A stretch of 64,000 nt of DNA from Desulfurococcales archaeon (GCA_027014955.1 JALWDA010000073.1:12926-76925), one strand, 5' to 3'; positions 43,568 through 54,073 are shown, counted from the stretch's first letter. Notes: generated by a model from the sequence alone, not told the origin. Program-made: numbers and translations.

Positions 43568-44641
43568 ATGGGGTCTCTTACCGAAAGCCTAATACTTCAG
43601 GGATGCTCAGCTGCCATAGGGCCAGCGGAAGAAGAAGGCGCGGCCATCTTGGGTAGTGGAGACTATGCTGTACAATTGAGTGAGGGTGGCCGACCGCTGC
43701 TCTTAAGAATGGAGGAACGTGGTGAAGGACACGGTGAGGTATCTGCTGTGGATTGTAGGGGCAGGGTTGCCTACGTGCCTCCTCCTAATATCGTATCCCA
43801 GAAATCCATAAGAAGCAAGAGAGGAAGGGATTTTTACAAGCTATTAATAGGTAAAGGGTATGGCTCGGCTATAGTCATGGGAAAGAGAGAAGCATTACAA
43901 GCAACTATCGGAGAGCTTGTAGGAGCCTCCGGAAAACCCCGCCGTGTGTGGAAAGGAGCCCATCCCAAGTATAGGGTAATTTCTGAAAACAGTTTGGAAG
44001 ATGTGTTGAGAAAAGGTACAGTTATGCAACCGGGATACGACGGCCACATAATCATGCTTGGTATGACAAGACATGGCCTCTATAAGCTTATGAAGCGGTT
44101 AGGAGGACCCCCACTTCAAGTGCTCGTAAGAGAAGGCCTAATAACTGGCACAGGCGCGGGTAAACCTACTATAATAGTTACAAACGGATGGCTGACATCC
44201 AGCGACCTCGAGGCAATCAGGGGCCTGAACAACATTATGCTCGCTTACTGCGGTCTGGCCCCTCTTGAAAAGGGATTGGGTGGGGGTTTACCTCTCCACG
44301 AGATCATTGAGGACGAAGAGCTGCGATATAGGACAATGCTGGCAACGTGTGATTCAGACTTGGGGAAATGGTATACCCATTCACTCGCCCTAGCGACAAT
44401 CGCATCATTGTTCTCAAGATACTACTCATGGTCTACGAAACCTAGTCCTGAAGAGATCCTGGGCCTCATGTATAATGGGTACAGGGTGGTAACTCAAGGA
44501 GTTTTCCCAATACTTCTCTATGGAGACCGCAAGTTGGAAGATTATGGTGGCCAAGAGGGTTCATTAATTGAATACCTTGGTACACCCATTCTGGGTCCCC
44601 AAGACTTATACATTATAAAAGCTACTGGGTTCACTGTGTGA
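43568..44641 (+). CDS. Hypothetical protein (357 aa), no recognisable domain
   Basis: Long ORF. The ATG at 43568 is preceded by GGGAGGGGGG. A TTG at 43547 is also in frame. Confidence 0.55.
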   Translation: MGSLTESLILQGCSAAIGPAEEEGAAILGSGDYAVQLSEGGRPLLLRMEERGEGHGEVSAVDCRGRVAYVPPPNIVSQKSIRSKRGRDFYKLLIGKGYGSAIVMGKREALQATIGELVGASGKPRRVWKGAHPKYRVISENSLEDVLRKGTVMQPGYDGHIIMLGMTRHGLYKLMKRLGGPPLQVLVREGLITGTGAGKPTIIVTNGWLTSSDLEAIRGLNNIMLAYCGLAPLEKGLGGGLPLHEIIEDEELRYRTMLATCDSDLGKWYTHSLALATIASLFSRYYSWSTKPSPEEILGLMYNGYRVVTQGVFPILLYGDRKLEDYGGQEGSLIEYLGTPILGPQDLYIIKATGFTV

Positions 44642-45173
44642 GTGGCCCGGCGATTTCCTCTGACGCTTTTCTTAGAAAAGCGTATTCGCTCCGAGAAAGG
44701 AGTTCAATTAGCTGTCTCCTTATAGAATCTTCTATCTCAATGCACCTATGGTACCCGGCGCTTTTTAGGCGTCTAGCTTCGATGAGTGTGGCTATCTTCT
44801 CGCTCACCCGCGCGACCCTAGACTCTGCTGTTTCTTGAGAAATCCATTCGCGGTATAGGTCAAGAATTTGTTTTGGTAACCCCAGCTCTTCAACTGCCTT
44901 CAGTTCGATATCCTCTTTGATCTCCCCGATTTTCGTGGAGGAGTATAAGGGCAGGTCACCGACCCGGCACTCTGCTATATCATGGACTATGGCTAGGGCC
45001 ATTGCACGCTCTACGTTGGCACCCACCTTTGAAGCGAGGATGCCGCTTATGATGCTGGCCTCGTACGAGTGGGCTGCGACTGTCTCGGCTATAGAGGCGG
45101 GCACGCCTCTTTGCATCCATCCTGTCCTAGGCAGTTTTTTTAACGCATCGATGCAAGTTGATACATCGTCCAA
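44631..45173 (-). CDS. HD-domain phosphohydrolase (YfbR-like 5'-nucleotidase family)
   Basis: H...HD...D pattern: VAAHSYEAS, IVHDIAECRVGDLP. Confidence 0.8.
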   Translation of the reverse strand: MDDVSTCIDALKKLPRTGWMQRGVPASIAETVAAHSYEASIISGILASKVGANVERAMALAIVHDIAECRVGDLPLYSSTKIGEIKEDIELKAVEELGLPKQILDLYREWISQETAESRVARVSEKIATLIEARRLKSAGYHRCIEIEDSIRRQLIELLSRSEYAFLRKASEEIAGPLTQ

Positions 45174-45224
45174 GGTGCTGCACCAGGTGACCTTCTAGCC
45201 ATAATTATGTTATTAATGTAATTC

Positions 45225-46454
45225 TTGCGTTACAGCGGGTGCGATGGGTTGGGAGAAGAGGGTAGGTGGAGAGACTGGGTTGTCGGGGGCTCTTTTAGGG
45301 CATACTATTTGGCATCCTACCTTACCGGCCTCATGATATCCGTATACTATACTTACACACGAGCTATTATAGGGGGACTTGATTACGGTGGAAAATACGG
45401 GCTGGTTGTATTCCTTGCTGCCATGGAGAGCATACCGGGACTCCTGTCAGTAATACTTGGGTTCGTGTCGGACGTAGCGGGACGTAGAAATGCGCTCCTG
45501 GCTGGCCTAGTGTCTTCCCTGATACTAGTGGCCACGGGTTTCGTAGAGCCAAGGCTCTACCCCATTATGGCGTTAGGTATTTTCACGGGATACACATTCT
45601 TCTGGGCTTCTCTATACGGGGTTATTTTAGACTATGTTGGAGGCAGGGGAAAGCCCCTGAGCCTATTTGGTCTCTCGGGCTCATTAGGATGGTCGTCGGG
45701 GGGCGTGCTCACGGGCCTAATCTCAAACCATGGGCCACTAGCTGTATTCTCGTTCGCGGGTATTTCAATAGGCCTTGCATCAGTCATATCCTACGTGGCC
45801 TTTCCCAAGGGCCTTGCTTTCCGGGAGAAGCCTAAGCTTAACAGCTTGGTAAAGGGTATAAGGTCCGTGTTCGTCATATTCATTGCCTATCTACTAGGCT
45901 CGGCTGGTGTCTCCATTTACATCAACTCAATGGGATTAAGGCTTTTCGAGGTGCTCAAGGGGGACATGCTGGTCTACGGTTTTCTGTTCTCGACGATGAC
46001 GGGACTCCTGGGTGCAATTAGTAGGCCCTTCGCGGGAATACTCGTTGACAAAGTGAAGCCGGAGGCTGTGTTAGCAGGCGTGTTTGCAACATATTTATTT
46101 TCAAGCATAATAGTCACGCTACACATCCCCCTTTTACTCATGATATTGATATGGTTACTCCCACTCTACCCTTTCTATGAGACATCAGCACTGACAACAT
46201 CGTCTAGAAGGCTTCCATCCAACCTGCAGTCAACTGCAGCCGGTATTGTGGGTACAGGCTCTTCGTTGAGCGGGTTCGTGAACGCTGCTGCTTCAAGTAT
46301 TATTGGAGAAGGAGGGTTCCAGAAAGCTCTAGTAGTAGGGGTGTCGCTTCTCTCAGTATCACTCTTACTATTGGTATTAATTATTGCGAGAGAAGGCAAA
46401 CAAAATAAGGGAGAGAAGGGTATGGGAAACACTAGACCACCGAAACCCGTGTAA
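45225..46454 (+). CDS. MFS-type transporter
   Basis: About 12 predicted TM helices and the loop motif SDVAGRRNAL between TM2 and TM3. The start is uncertain. Confidence 0.7.
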   Translation: MRYSGCDGLGEEGRWRDWVVGGSFRAYYLASYLTGLMISVYYTYTRAIIGGLDYGGKYGLVVFLAAMESIPGLLSVILGFVSDVAGRRNALLAGLVSSLILVATGFVEPRLYPIMALGIFTGYTFFWASLYGVILDYVGGRGKPLSLFGLSGSLGWSSGGVLTGLISNHGPLAVFSFAGISIGLASVISYVAFPKGLAFREKPKLNSLVKGIRSVFVIFIAYLLGSAGVSIYINSMGLRLFEVLKGDMLVYGFLFSTMTGLLGAISRPFAGILVDKVKPEAVLAGVFATYLFSSIIVTLHIPLLLMILIWLLPLYPFYETSALTTSSRRLPSNLQSTAAGIVGTGSSLSGFVNAAASSIIGEGGFQKALVVGVSLLSVSLLLLVLIIAREGKQNKGEKGMGNTRPPKPV

Positions 46455-46608
46455 TAAGCAAGACCCTATCAAGAGGGCAATGGTATGCCCCTTAACCCGC
46501 CTTCACCTACGAACTATGTTGAAAAACATGGTGGGCACGCCTCACATATCCTTGGATTATTCCCTACTTTAGCTCAAACAACGACTCCGTTGGAAGGGGA
46601 ATTCCTTC

Positions 46609-47409
46609 ATGTCGTTTCGCGAGGATAAGCAGGAGATATTTGAGGACGAGACGGAGCTTTCTAGGTACGCTATACTGACGGATAGCTGGCATATTTTCCA
46701 AAGGTTCGAGCAAGAGCTAGATAACGTAGTCCGGGAAGAGGGTAGCTTGTACGCCAACGTTGTCCAGGGCGAGTACATCAACATGAAAGTAAGCGTCATA
46801 AACTATCCCCCCGGAGCAAGCAATATTGTGCTGGTCTTTGACGAAATGCTTAGGAAAGGCGTCCGAGTCGCGGTTAAGATAGGCTATGGTGTATACCTAA
46901 GGCCCACCAGACACCCGCTCAGGATAGCCCTTGGAGCGGTACGCCTAGAGGGGCTCCTGAACCACGTGTATCCACCTGAGATACCCCCTGTCGCCTCCAT
47001 AACGCTTGTTAATCACCTCTCAAGGGCCTTGGAGAACAGAGATGTACCCCATGACATAGACCTCGTGGCGAGCGTTGGAATGCCCCTGAGGAACCTGGAA
47101 AACGGTTTTCTCCCAAACAATGTACGCAAATGGGACATAAACGTGATAGATACGGACACGTCCATCTTCTACCTCATGGCATACCAGAGGAAAGCAATGG
47201 CATCGTCAGTAATCATACCAGTCATGTCTGCAGCAGAGGCGGAGGAGTATGGAATATGGAGCGAGCACGAAATCAGTAAGAAGATGGAGGACCTGTTCAA
47301 CAGGATAGCTCCAAGCGTATTAGAGGGTCTCTGGCAGGTAAAAGAATCCGCAGAGAGGGGAATGCAGCTGGAGTTCACCAAGCACCACAGGCACGAGAAC
47401 AAACATTAG
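46609..47409 (+). CDS. Hypothetical protein (266 aa)
   Basis: Clean ORF with an ATG start, and no motif I can assign. Confidence 0.5.
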   Translation: MSFREDKQEIFEDETELSRYAILTDSWHIFQRFEQELDNVVREEGSLYANVVQGEYINMKVSVINYPPGASNIVLVFDEMLRKGVRVAVKIGYGVYLRPTRHPLRIALGAVRLEGLLNHVYPPEIPPVASITLVNHLSRALENRDVPHDIDLVASVGMPLRNLENGFLPNNVRKWDINVIDTDTSIFYLMAYQRKAMASSVIIPVMSAAEAEEYGIWSEHEISKKMEDLFNRIAPSVLEGLWQVKESAERGMQLEFTKHHRHENKH

Positions 47410-47585
47410 CAAACCAGAGTTATACCTATCCAAGCAGCCGATGAAGAGAAGACGACTGCCGAGCTATGTTGCGATGACGAGGTGGAGCGACTCTGAGGGA
47501 AGAGTTCGTGGCTAGATAGTTACAGGTAGTCCTTAGATATGTTGCTCTTGCGCCTGTCACATGGAATTGATAGGTGGTGCAAGAC

Positions 47586-48989
47586 ATGGAGCGTAGGACC
47601 AAGATACTCGCAACATTAGGCCCCTCCACGTCGGACGTGCGTATGATTAAGAAACTTGTTAAGGAAGGCGCCGATGCCTTCAGGATAAACTTCAGCCACG
47701 GTAATGAAAACCAGTGGTCGGAATTTGTCAAGTTCGTTAGGGAGATTGAGGGTGAAACGGGAAGGGGTATACCGTTAGTGGGGGACCTCCAGGGCCCTAA
47801 CGTCAGGCTTGGAAGAATAGTTAATGAAACAGGAGCCATTGACCTCAGGAGAGGTGGAAAGGTAGTAGTCGAGTATGGTGCAGAGAGTGAAGACGCACTA
47901 CCTGTCCCATTAAAGGCTTTCTTCGAGGTCCTCGAGAAAGGTGACGTCATCGTAATAGGTGATGGGCAGGTTGTGTTGGAGGTTGAAGAAGTCGACATGG
48001 ACAGGGCCATAGCAAAAGTGGTAGTGCCCGGGAAGGTCTCTAGCAGGAAGAGCGTTTATGTAAAAGACAAGCAAATCCCAATGCCTTTCATAACGGAGAA
48101 GGACCGTAACGACCTGATATTCGCAGTGAAAAACAGCTTCTCCTACATTCTGCTAAGCTTCGTCGAAAGTCCCTCACACATTGAAAAAGCAAGGGAATTC
48201 CTAAAATCCATAGGCGGTGACGAACTGGGCCTGATAGCCAAGATAGAGACAGCAAACGCGGTTTCCAACATAGAGGGCATAGTGAAGGCGTCAGACGGGG
48301 TAGTTGTCGCAAGGGGTGACCTAGGAACACACTTTCCCCTAGAAAAGCTCCCCAGCATACAGAGGAGGATAATAAGAACCGCACGTATAAAAGGAAAGAT
48401 CGGCGTCCTCGCAACCCAGCTCCTATCATCCATGCTCGAAAGCCCAGTACCTTCAAGAAGCGATGTGGTGGACATATATAATGGCGTCCTCCAAGGGGCG
48501 GATGTGATGATGCTCACGAATGAGACGGCTGTAGGCCGGTACCCTGCGGAGGCCGTCTCTTGGCTCAGGAGAGTTATAGTCGAAGCTGAAAAGGAATTAC
48601 AAGAACACCTGGAATCTCAAAGAGAGGCTGTTGAAGCCAATACTACTACAGAGAAGTTTGCTAAGGGCATTGTGGAGATGGCCAATAACCTGTCTGCACA
48701 CATTATTGTTTACACGAAGAGTGGTAAGACAGTCAGCCTGCTCTCTAGGTTCAGGCCCTCTAGAACAATATATGCGGGGACGTCCTCAATCAATGTTGCA
48801 AGGAAGATAAGGATGCTCTGGGGAGTTCACTCTCTCCTGATAAAGGCTAAGGACTATGCTGACGGCATTGATGAGACAAGGAACATTCTTCTAAGGGACA
48901 ACCTGATAGGATATGGCGAGACCGTTATTGAGACCTATAGGATAAGCACTGGCGAGAGTCACCATCTAAAAATTTACCAGGTAAGGTAA
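47586..48989 (+). CDS. pyk: Pyruvate kinase
   Basis: RRTKILATLGPST, FRINFSHG, DLQGPNVRLG, IAKIET, VARGDLG and MLTNETAVGRYP motifs. A GTG at 47574 is also in frame. Confidence 0.93.
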   Translation: MERRTKILATLGPSTSDVRMIKKLVKEGADAFRINFSHGNENQWSEFVKFVREIEGETGRGIPLVGDLQGPNVRLGRIVNETGAIDLRRGGKVVVEYGAESEDALPVPLKAFFEVLEKGDVIVIGDGQVVLEVEEVDMDRAIAKVVVPGKVSSRKSVYVKDKQIPMPFITEKDRNDLIFAVKNSFSYILLSFVESPSHIEKAREFLKSIGGDELGLIAKIETANAVSNIEGIVKASDGVVVARGDLGTHFPLEKLPSIQRRIIRTARIKGKIGVLATQLLSSMLESPVPSRSDVVDIYNGVLQGADVMMLTNETAVGRYPAEAVSWLRRVIVEAEKELQEHLESQREAVEANTTTEKFAKGIVEMANNLSAHIIVYTKSGKTVSLLSRFRPSRTIYAGTSSINVARKIRMLWGVHSLLIKAKDYADGIDETRNILLRDNLIGYGETVIETYRISTGESHHLKIYQVR

Positions 48990-49036
48990 GCAAAGGACAA
49001 GGCCTGAGCAAAAGAGATGAATCTAAAATAAGGAAA

Positions 49037-51793
49037 CTATGCTTTTACACCCTTATCCTTAAGAGCCGCATGCGCCGCCGCAAGTCTGGCCACTAGTATT
49101 CTGAAAGGCGATGCACTTACATAGTCAAGGCCGGCCTTATGGAAGAAGTGGATTGACTTGGGGTCTCCGCCATGCTCTCCGCAGATGCCTACTTCCAGTG
49201 ACGGGTTTGCGCTCCTCCCTTTCTCAACAGCCATTTTCACGAGTTGTCCTACACCTTTTTCGTCTATGGTCTCAAAGGGGTTGTACTCCAGCAGATCGAG
49301 CTCTAGGTACTGGGGCAGGAACTTGTTCTCAACATCATCTCTGCTGAAGCTGAACGTCGCCTGGGTGAGGTCGTTTGTGCCGAAGCTGAAGAACTCCACC
49401 TCTTTCGCTATCTCGTCGGCCACTAGGCATGACCTGACGGTCTCCATCATCGTGCCTATCTGGAACGGTATCTTCACGCCCAGTCTCTGCTCAACCTCCC
49501 TGGCGGTCGGAAGTATAGCCTTCTCCTTTACATACTTGATTTCAGAAGCTAATGCTACCTGGGGTATCATGATCTGGACCTTGGGATTATATCCCTCCTT
49601 TATCAGCTCGCCAGCTGCCTCTAGTATTGCGCGGGTCAGGCCCTTGTATATCTCTGGGAACGTCACGCCAACCCTTACTCCACGGTGACCCATCATCGGG
49701 TTGGCCTCTGTGAGCGCCTTCACCCTCCTATACAGCTTCTCTAACTTGCTGGTGTCTTGGCCCTTTGACTTGGCTTCATATATCTCCTCTAATAGCTCCT
49801 CGGGGCTTGGTAGGAACTCGTGGAGAGGCGGGTCTATGAGCCTAATGGTGACGGGGAGGCCGTCCATTATCTTCAGCATCTCTTTGAAGTCGGCCTTAAC
49901 CATGCTGGCCAGTTCCTCCATAGCCTTCTCCCGTTCCTCTCTGCTCTCCGCCAGAATTACCCTCCTGAGGACTTCTAGCCGCTCAGGTTTCCTGAACATA
50001 CGCTCGATCCTTAGAAGACCTATTCCCTCTGCGCCGTACTCTCTAGCAATCCTAGCGTCTTCAGGAACATCCGCGTTGGCCTTGACCCCAAGGCGCCTGA
50101 ACTCGTCAGCCCAGCTCAGGAGCGTCCCCAGCTCCTTACCAACGCTTGGCTTCACCGTGGGTATTTTTCCGAGATACACGTTACCAGTGTTACCATCTAT
50201 TGTTATCCAGTCTCCCTCGCGGACAACCGTGCCGTTAACCCGGAATACTTTCTCGTCGTACGATATCTTTATGGCCTCAGCTCCCACAACTGCTGGCTTA
50301 CCAATCCCCCTAGCAACCACCGCGGCGTGGGACGTCATACCACCTCTGCTTGTGAGTATTCCTTTCGCAGCATAGAATCCGTGAACGTCGTCAGGCTTAG
50401 TCTCCACTCTCACTAGTATGACTTCTTTCCCAGCCCTAGCCCACTCTACCGCTGTATCTGGGTCGAAGACGACCTGGCCACTAACAGCCCCTGGGGAGGC
50501 TGCCAGTCCCTTTGCTATTGGTTTTCCTGCCTTTGACTCGTCCACCCTGGGGTATAGTAGCTGGAGCACGTGCTCGGGTTGAACTTTCATAACGGCCTCT
50601 TCACGTGTTATTATCCCCTCGTTAGCCATGTCAACAGCGGTCTTCACGCGGGCGATTGGAGTCATTTTAGCATTGCGTGTCTGCAGGAAGAACAACTTGC
50701 CCTTCTCCACGGTGAACTCGACGTCCTGAACGTCCCTGTTTATCCGCTCGAGCTTCTTCACGTTCTTGTAGAGGTCTTCATAGAGTTCGGGGAACCTCTT
50801 CTTGAGCTCCGATATAGGCATTGGGGTCCTTATACCAGCTACCACGTCCTCGCCCTGGGCGTTAGGTAGATATTCTCCATACAGCTCGTTCTCACCAGTC
50901 GCAACGTTTCTCGAGAACACAACGCCTGTCCCCGAGTCCTCGCCCATGTTGCCGAAGGCCATGGACTGTACGTTGACAGCCGTGCACTCTGCCACCTCTG
51001 GCGTAATGTTGTGGGCGACCCTATAGAATATGGCTCGGGGGTTCATCCATGAGCGGAAAACTGCCTTTATGGCTAGCCTCAGTTGCTCGTAGGGGTCTTG
51101 GGGGAACTCTCCCCTCTCCCTTCTTATTATCTCCTTGAACCTCTCAACGATCTCTTTTAGACCCTCTACGGGTATCTCCACGTCGTATTTGGCCCCGTAT
51201 TTCTTCTTGACTTCCTCGAATGCGTCGTCGAATAGCTTCTCGTCTATGGTGAGCACTATCTTTCCGAAGAGCTGGAGGAACCTCCTGTAAGAATCGTAGG
51301 CGAACCACTCGTTACTAGTATTGCTGGCGAGACCCTTAACGGTCTCGTCATTAAGGCCCAGGTTAAGAACCGTGTCCATCATACCGGGCATAGATACTGG
51401 AGCACCTGACCTCACCGAGACCAGAAGCGGGTTCTGCGGGTCGCCGAAACCCCTCCCCCTCTTCTTTTCAAGCCTCCTCATATGCTCCCTAACTTCGTCC
51501 ATAAGACCCTCTGGCAAGTCAAGACTATCGATAATACCCCAAAGCTCCTCTATCAGCCTATCCCTCTCCTGGGGTGGGGGGTTCTTCTCCAGCCTCTTAA
51601 CGATTCTATCGATTTCTGCTTTACGGGGAGAGTAGAAGTCCTTACAGGCCTCGGTAGTTATAGTGAAGCCTGGGGGGACGGGCAGTCCTGCCTGTGTCAT
51701 TAGCGCTAGTCCCGCTCCTTTTCCTCCGAACAACTTCTTGTTGTTAGGGTCAGCCTCTTCGAAGTCGTACACGTATTTCTTGCCAGGGGCCAT
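49037..51793 (-). CDS. ppdK: Pyruvate, phosphate dikinase
   Basis: 918 aa with KKYVYDFEE...GGKGAGLALM...GLPVPPGFTITTEAC at the N-terminus, the phospho-His motif GGMTSHAAVVARG and the PEP-utilising C-terminal GICGEHGGDP. Confidence 0.95.
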   Translation of the reverse strand: MAPGKKYVYDFEEADPNNKKLFGGKGAGLALMTQAGLPVPPGFTITTEACKDFYSPRKAEIDRIVKRLEKNPPPQERDRLIEELWGIIDSLDLPEGLMDEVREHMRRLEKKRGRGFGDPQNPLLVSVRSGAPVSMPGMMDTVLNLGLNDETVKGLASNTSNEWFAYDSYRRFLQLFGKIVLTIDEKLFDDAFEEVKKKYGAKYDVEIPVEGLKEIVERFKEIIRRERGEFPQDPYEQLRLAIKAVFRSWMNPRAIFYRVAHNITPEVAECTAVNVQSMAFGNMGEDSGTGVVFSRNVATGENELYGEYLPNAQGEDVVAGIRTPMPISELKKRFPELYEDLYKNVKKLERINRDVQDVEFTVEKGKLFFLQTRNAKMTPIARVKTAVDMANEGIITREEAVMKVQPEHVLQLLYPRVDESKAGKPIAKGLAASPGAVSGQVVFDPDTAVEWARAGKEVILVRVETKPDDVHGFYAAKGILTSRGGMTSHAAVVARGIGKPAVVGAEAIKISYDEKVFRVNGTVVREGDWITIDGNTGNVYLGKIPTVKPSVGKELGTLLSWADEFRRLGVKANADVPEDARIAREYGAEGIGLLRIERMFRKPERLEVLRRVILAESREEREKAMEELASMVKADFKEMLKIMDGLPVTIRLIDPPLHEFLPSPEELLEEIYEAKSKGQDTSKLEKLYRRVKALTEANPMMGHRGVRVGVTFPEIYKGLTRAILEAAGELIKEGYNPKVQIMIPQVALASEIKYVKEKAILPTAREVEQRLGVKIPFQIGTMMETVRSCLVADEIAKEVEFFSFGTNDLTQATFSFSRDDVENKFLPQYLELDLLEYNPFETIDEKGVGQLVKMAVEKGRSANPSLEVGICGEHGGDPKSIHFFHKAGLDYVSASPFRILVARLAAAHAALKDKGVKA

Positions 51794-52132
51794 AGAAGGT
51801 CACCTCACAATAGGGGTTAGGGTTCCCGCACTTTTAATGAATATATAATTTTTGTGGAGAATAAATGTTTACTCTAGAACTTTATTGGGGTAACCCTTAG
51901 TACTGGGTCACGGTATTTACCATTTTGGCAACTATTGCTAAAAACCAAGAACACTTACTACAAGGCATTTTCAAATAACTTGAACAGGTGATACGGGGTT
52001 CAGAGAGAGGAAGATGAGGACCACGTCTTCACAGGGCGTGCCTCAGCGAGTAGGGGCCTCAACATCCCCCAATAGCTTGTAAGCAGATCATGCCTTAATT
52101 ATAGTGTGCCCCCGATTCAGGGACGGGCAATC

Positions 52133-53158
52133 CTAGTAGGGTGCATTCCATCCCTCGGGGCACCCATTGCCGAACCTGATGGGTTTCTCCAGTTGGGATA
52201 ACAGGACGACTCTGCTGGGCTTGCTCTCGCTCCTAACAGGGTACCCTGTGGCCTTCGAGAGTTTTTCTGAAAACTGCCTCACCTCGTCATGGGTGGGCAT
52301 GTTGCTACGGTTAAGCCTCTGCATGCTTGCCCCCACGTACATGTATGCTTTGGCCTCAATGTAGGTGGGCTGCATAAGGTCCACTAGCTTCGCGAAGCCC
52401 TCTACAGCCTTGTCATCCATGTTTATGCCCTTGATGAGAGTTATTCTCATGACCGTGGGGCTAGGGTAGTCTCTTAGTCCCTTTAGGGTCTCCAGCGTCA
52501 GCTCCCACGCTCTCTTGACTAATGGTCTATCTAACCACATGTACATTTCCTTGTTATACGCCTCTACGCTCACGTATAGTTGGCTGGGCGGCTCCTCCAT
52601 GTTGAGTATCATGTCAGGTCTAACACCACGTGTCACGAGGAAGGTCGTCAGACCTCTCTTGTGGAAGGCCTTAATTAGATCGGGGAGCTTGTCATAGAGC
52701 GTGGGCTCCCCTGTTAGGCTAATCGCAACATGTTTGGGTCTCGTGGCCTCCTCGTAATACTTCCTATTCGCCCTGGGATTCCCCTTGTAGCCCGTAAGCA
52801 ATTTAACGTGGGTCTCTATGACCTTGTCCGCGAGCTCCTCGACATCCTCCTCAGGATACTGGGGCATTCTGGCTTCATCCCAGTACACCCCCACGTCCTG
52901 CGGCCTCAGCCGCCAGCAGTGTATACAAGCATTCCAGCACCAGTATGCGGCGGGGCTCATCTGGATACAGCGGTGGCTCTCAATGCCATAGAACTTGCAC
53001 TTGTAGCAGAACCGGTTCTGTGTAAGCGCATATCTTGTCCACGCGCACGTCTTGACAACCGTATGTTCTCCCACAAAGTGGTAGCCTTGCTTCGTCATTA
53101 TCTTCCTCAGTATATCATAGGCTCCCTGCTTGTCACTAACAGGTCTCAGGCTGAGCAC
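52133..53158 (-). CDS. taw1: tRNA 4-demethylwyosine synthase (TYW1/Taw1), radical SAM
   Basis: Radical SAM cluster CWNACIHC, ISLTGEPTLY, and conserved N-terminal cysteines (KTCAWTRYAL, CYKCKFYG). Confidence 0.88.
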   Translation of the reverse strand: MLSLRPVSDKQGAYDILRKIMTKQGYHFVGEHTVVKTCAWTRYALTQNRFCYKCKFYGIESHRCIQMSPAAYWCWNACIHCWRLRPQDVGVYWDEARMPQYPEEDVEELADKVIETHVKLLTGYKGNPRANRKYYEEATRPKHVAISLTGEPTLYDKLPDLIKAFHKRGLTTFLVTRGVRPDMILNMEEPPSQLYVSVEAYNKEMYMWLDRPLVKRAWELTLETLKGLRDYPSPTVMRITLIKGINMDDKAVEGFAKLVDLMQPTYIEAKAYMYVGASMQRLNRSNMPTHDEVRQFSEKLSKATGYPVRSESKPSRVVLLSQLEKPIRFGNGCPEGWNAPY

Positions 53159-53347
53159 CTTAACACCTCGATCCCCACGGGATTACAAGACGCCATTGTA
53201 TGCATTAGTCGTGTACCTATTTAATAAGGTCTCGTAAGTAAGCATGCCAGGTTATGAATAGCCGGAACTGATACAGTGTGGAGAAGGCGTAAACGTGCAC
53301 AAATATATCCCATATTCCTAGATAGAGAGGGATTGGTGACACCTGCT

Positions 53348-54073
53348 ATGGGTCCACCCTTCCATATCTTGGCTAAGAAGGGAGATGTAGCCGAAAGGGT
53401 GATAGTTGCAGGAGACCCCGCCCGGGTAAAGCAACTTGCACAAATGCTAGACAATCCCCGGCTGGTTAACGAGAACAGGCAGCTACTGGTATACACGGGA
53501 GAGTACAAGGGGATCCCCCTAACCGTGGCTACCCATGGGATAGGCTCGGGAAGCGCGACTATCGTGTTCGAGGAGCTCAGGATGCTTGGGGCCAGGCTAA
53601 TGATACGGCTAGGTACGGCGGGCGGCATGTCACCCGACTTGAAAGTCGGAGACTTCATAATAGCGACAGGAGCAGCGACCTTATGCAACGGGAACTCCCT
53701 TGGAATGTATATGCCCGGCTACTGCCTACCCGCATCCCCCAGCCCTGATGTGACGATGAACCTCATAAAAGAGGTGGAGCATTCTGGAGAGAAGGCTATA
53801 ACTACGCCTGTATTCAGCAGTGATGCCTTTTACGCTGAGGACCCTGACTTTGCCAAGAAATGGAGCGATAAGGGAGTCAAGGCCGTCGAGATGGAGTGTG
53901 CCAGCCTCTTTGCTCTTGGCTGGATGAGAGGCTTCAAGACGGGAGCCCTCCTCATGATAAGCGATATGTTGGTGGGGGAGAAGACAGAGCTACTAACAGC
54001 AGAGCAACTTGCACCCAGGGTGGAGAAGGCTTCAAGGATAGTGTTCGAGGCAGCTATTAAGACGCCCGTCTAA
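53348..54073 (+). CDS. Purine/uridine nucleoside phosphorylase (PNP_UDP_1 family)
   Basis: ERVIVAGDPARV, TGEYKGIPLTVATHGIGSGSA, RLGTAGG and VEMECASL motifs. I prefer the ATG at 53348 over the upstream in-frame start at 53276. Confidence 0.85.
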   Translation: MGPPFHILAKKGDVAERVIVAGDPARVKQLAQMLDNPRLVNENRQLLVYTGEYKGIPLTVATHGIGSGSATIVFEELRMLGARLMIRLGTAGGMSPDLKVGDFIIATGAATLCNGNSLGMYMPGYCLPASPSPDVTMNLIKEVEHSGEKAITTPVFSSDAFYAEDPDFAKKWSDKGVKAVEMECASLFALGWMRGFKTGALLMISDMLVGEKTELLTAEQLAPRVEKASRIVFEAAIKTPV

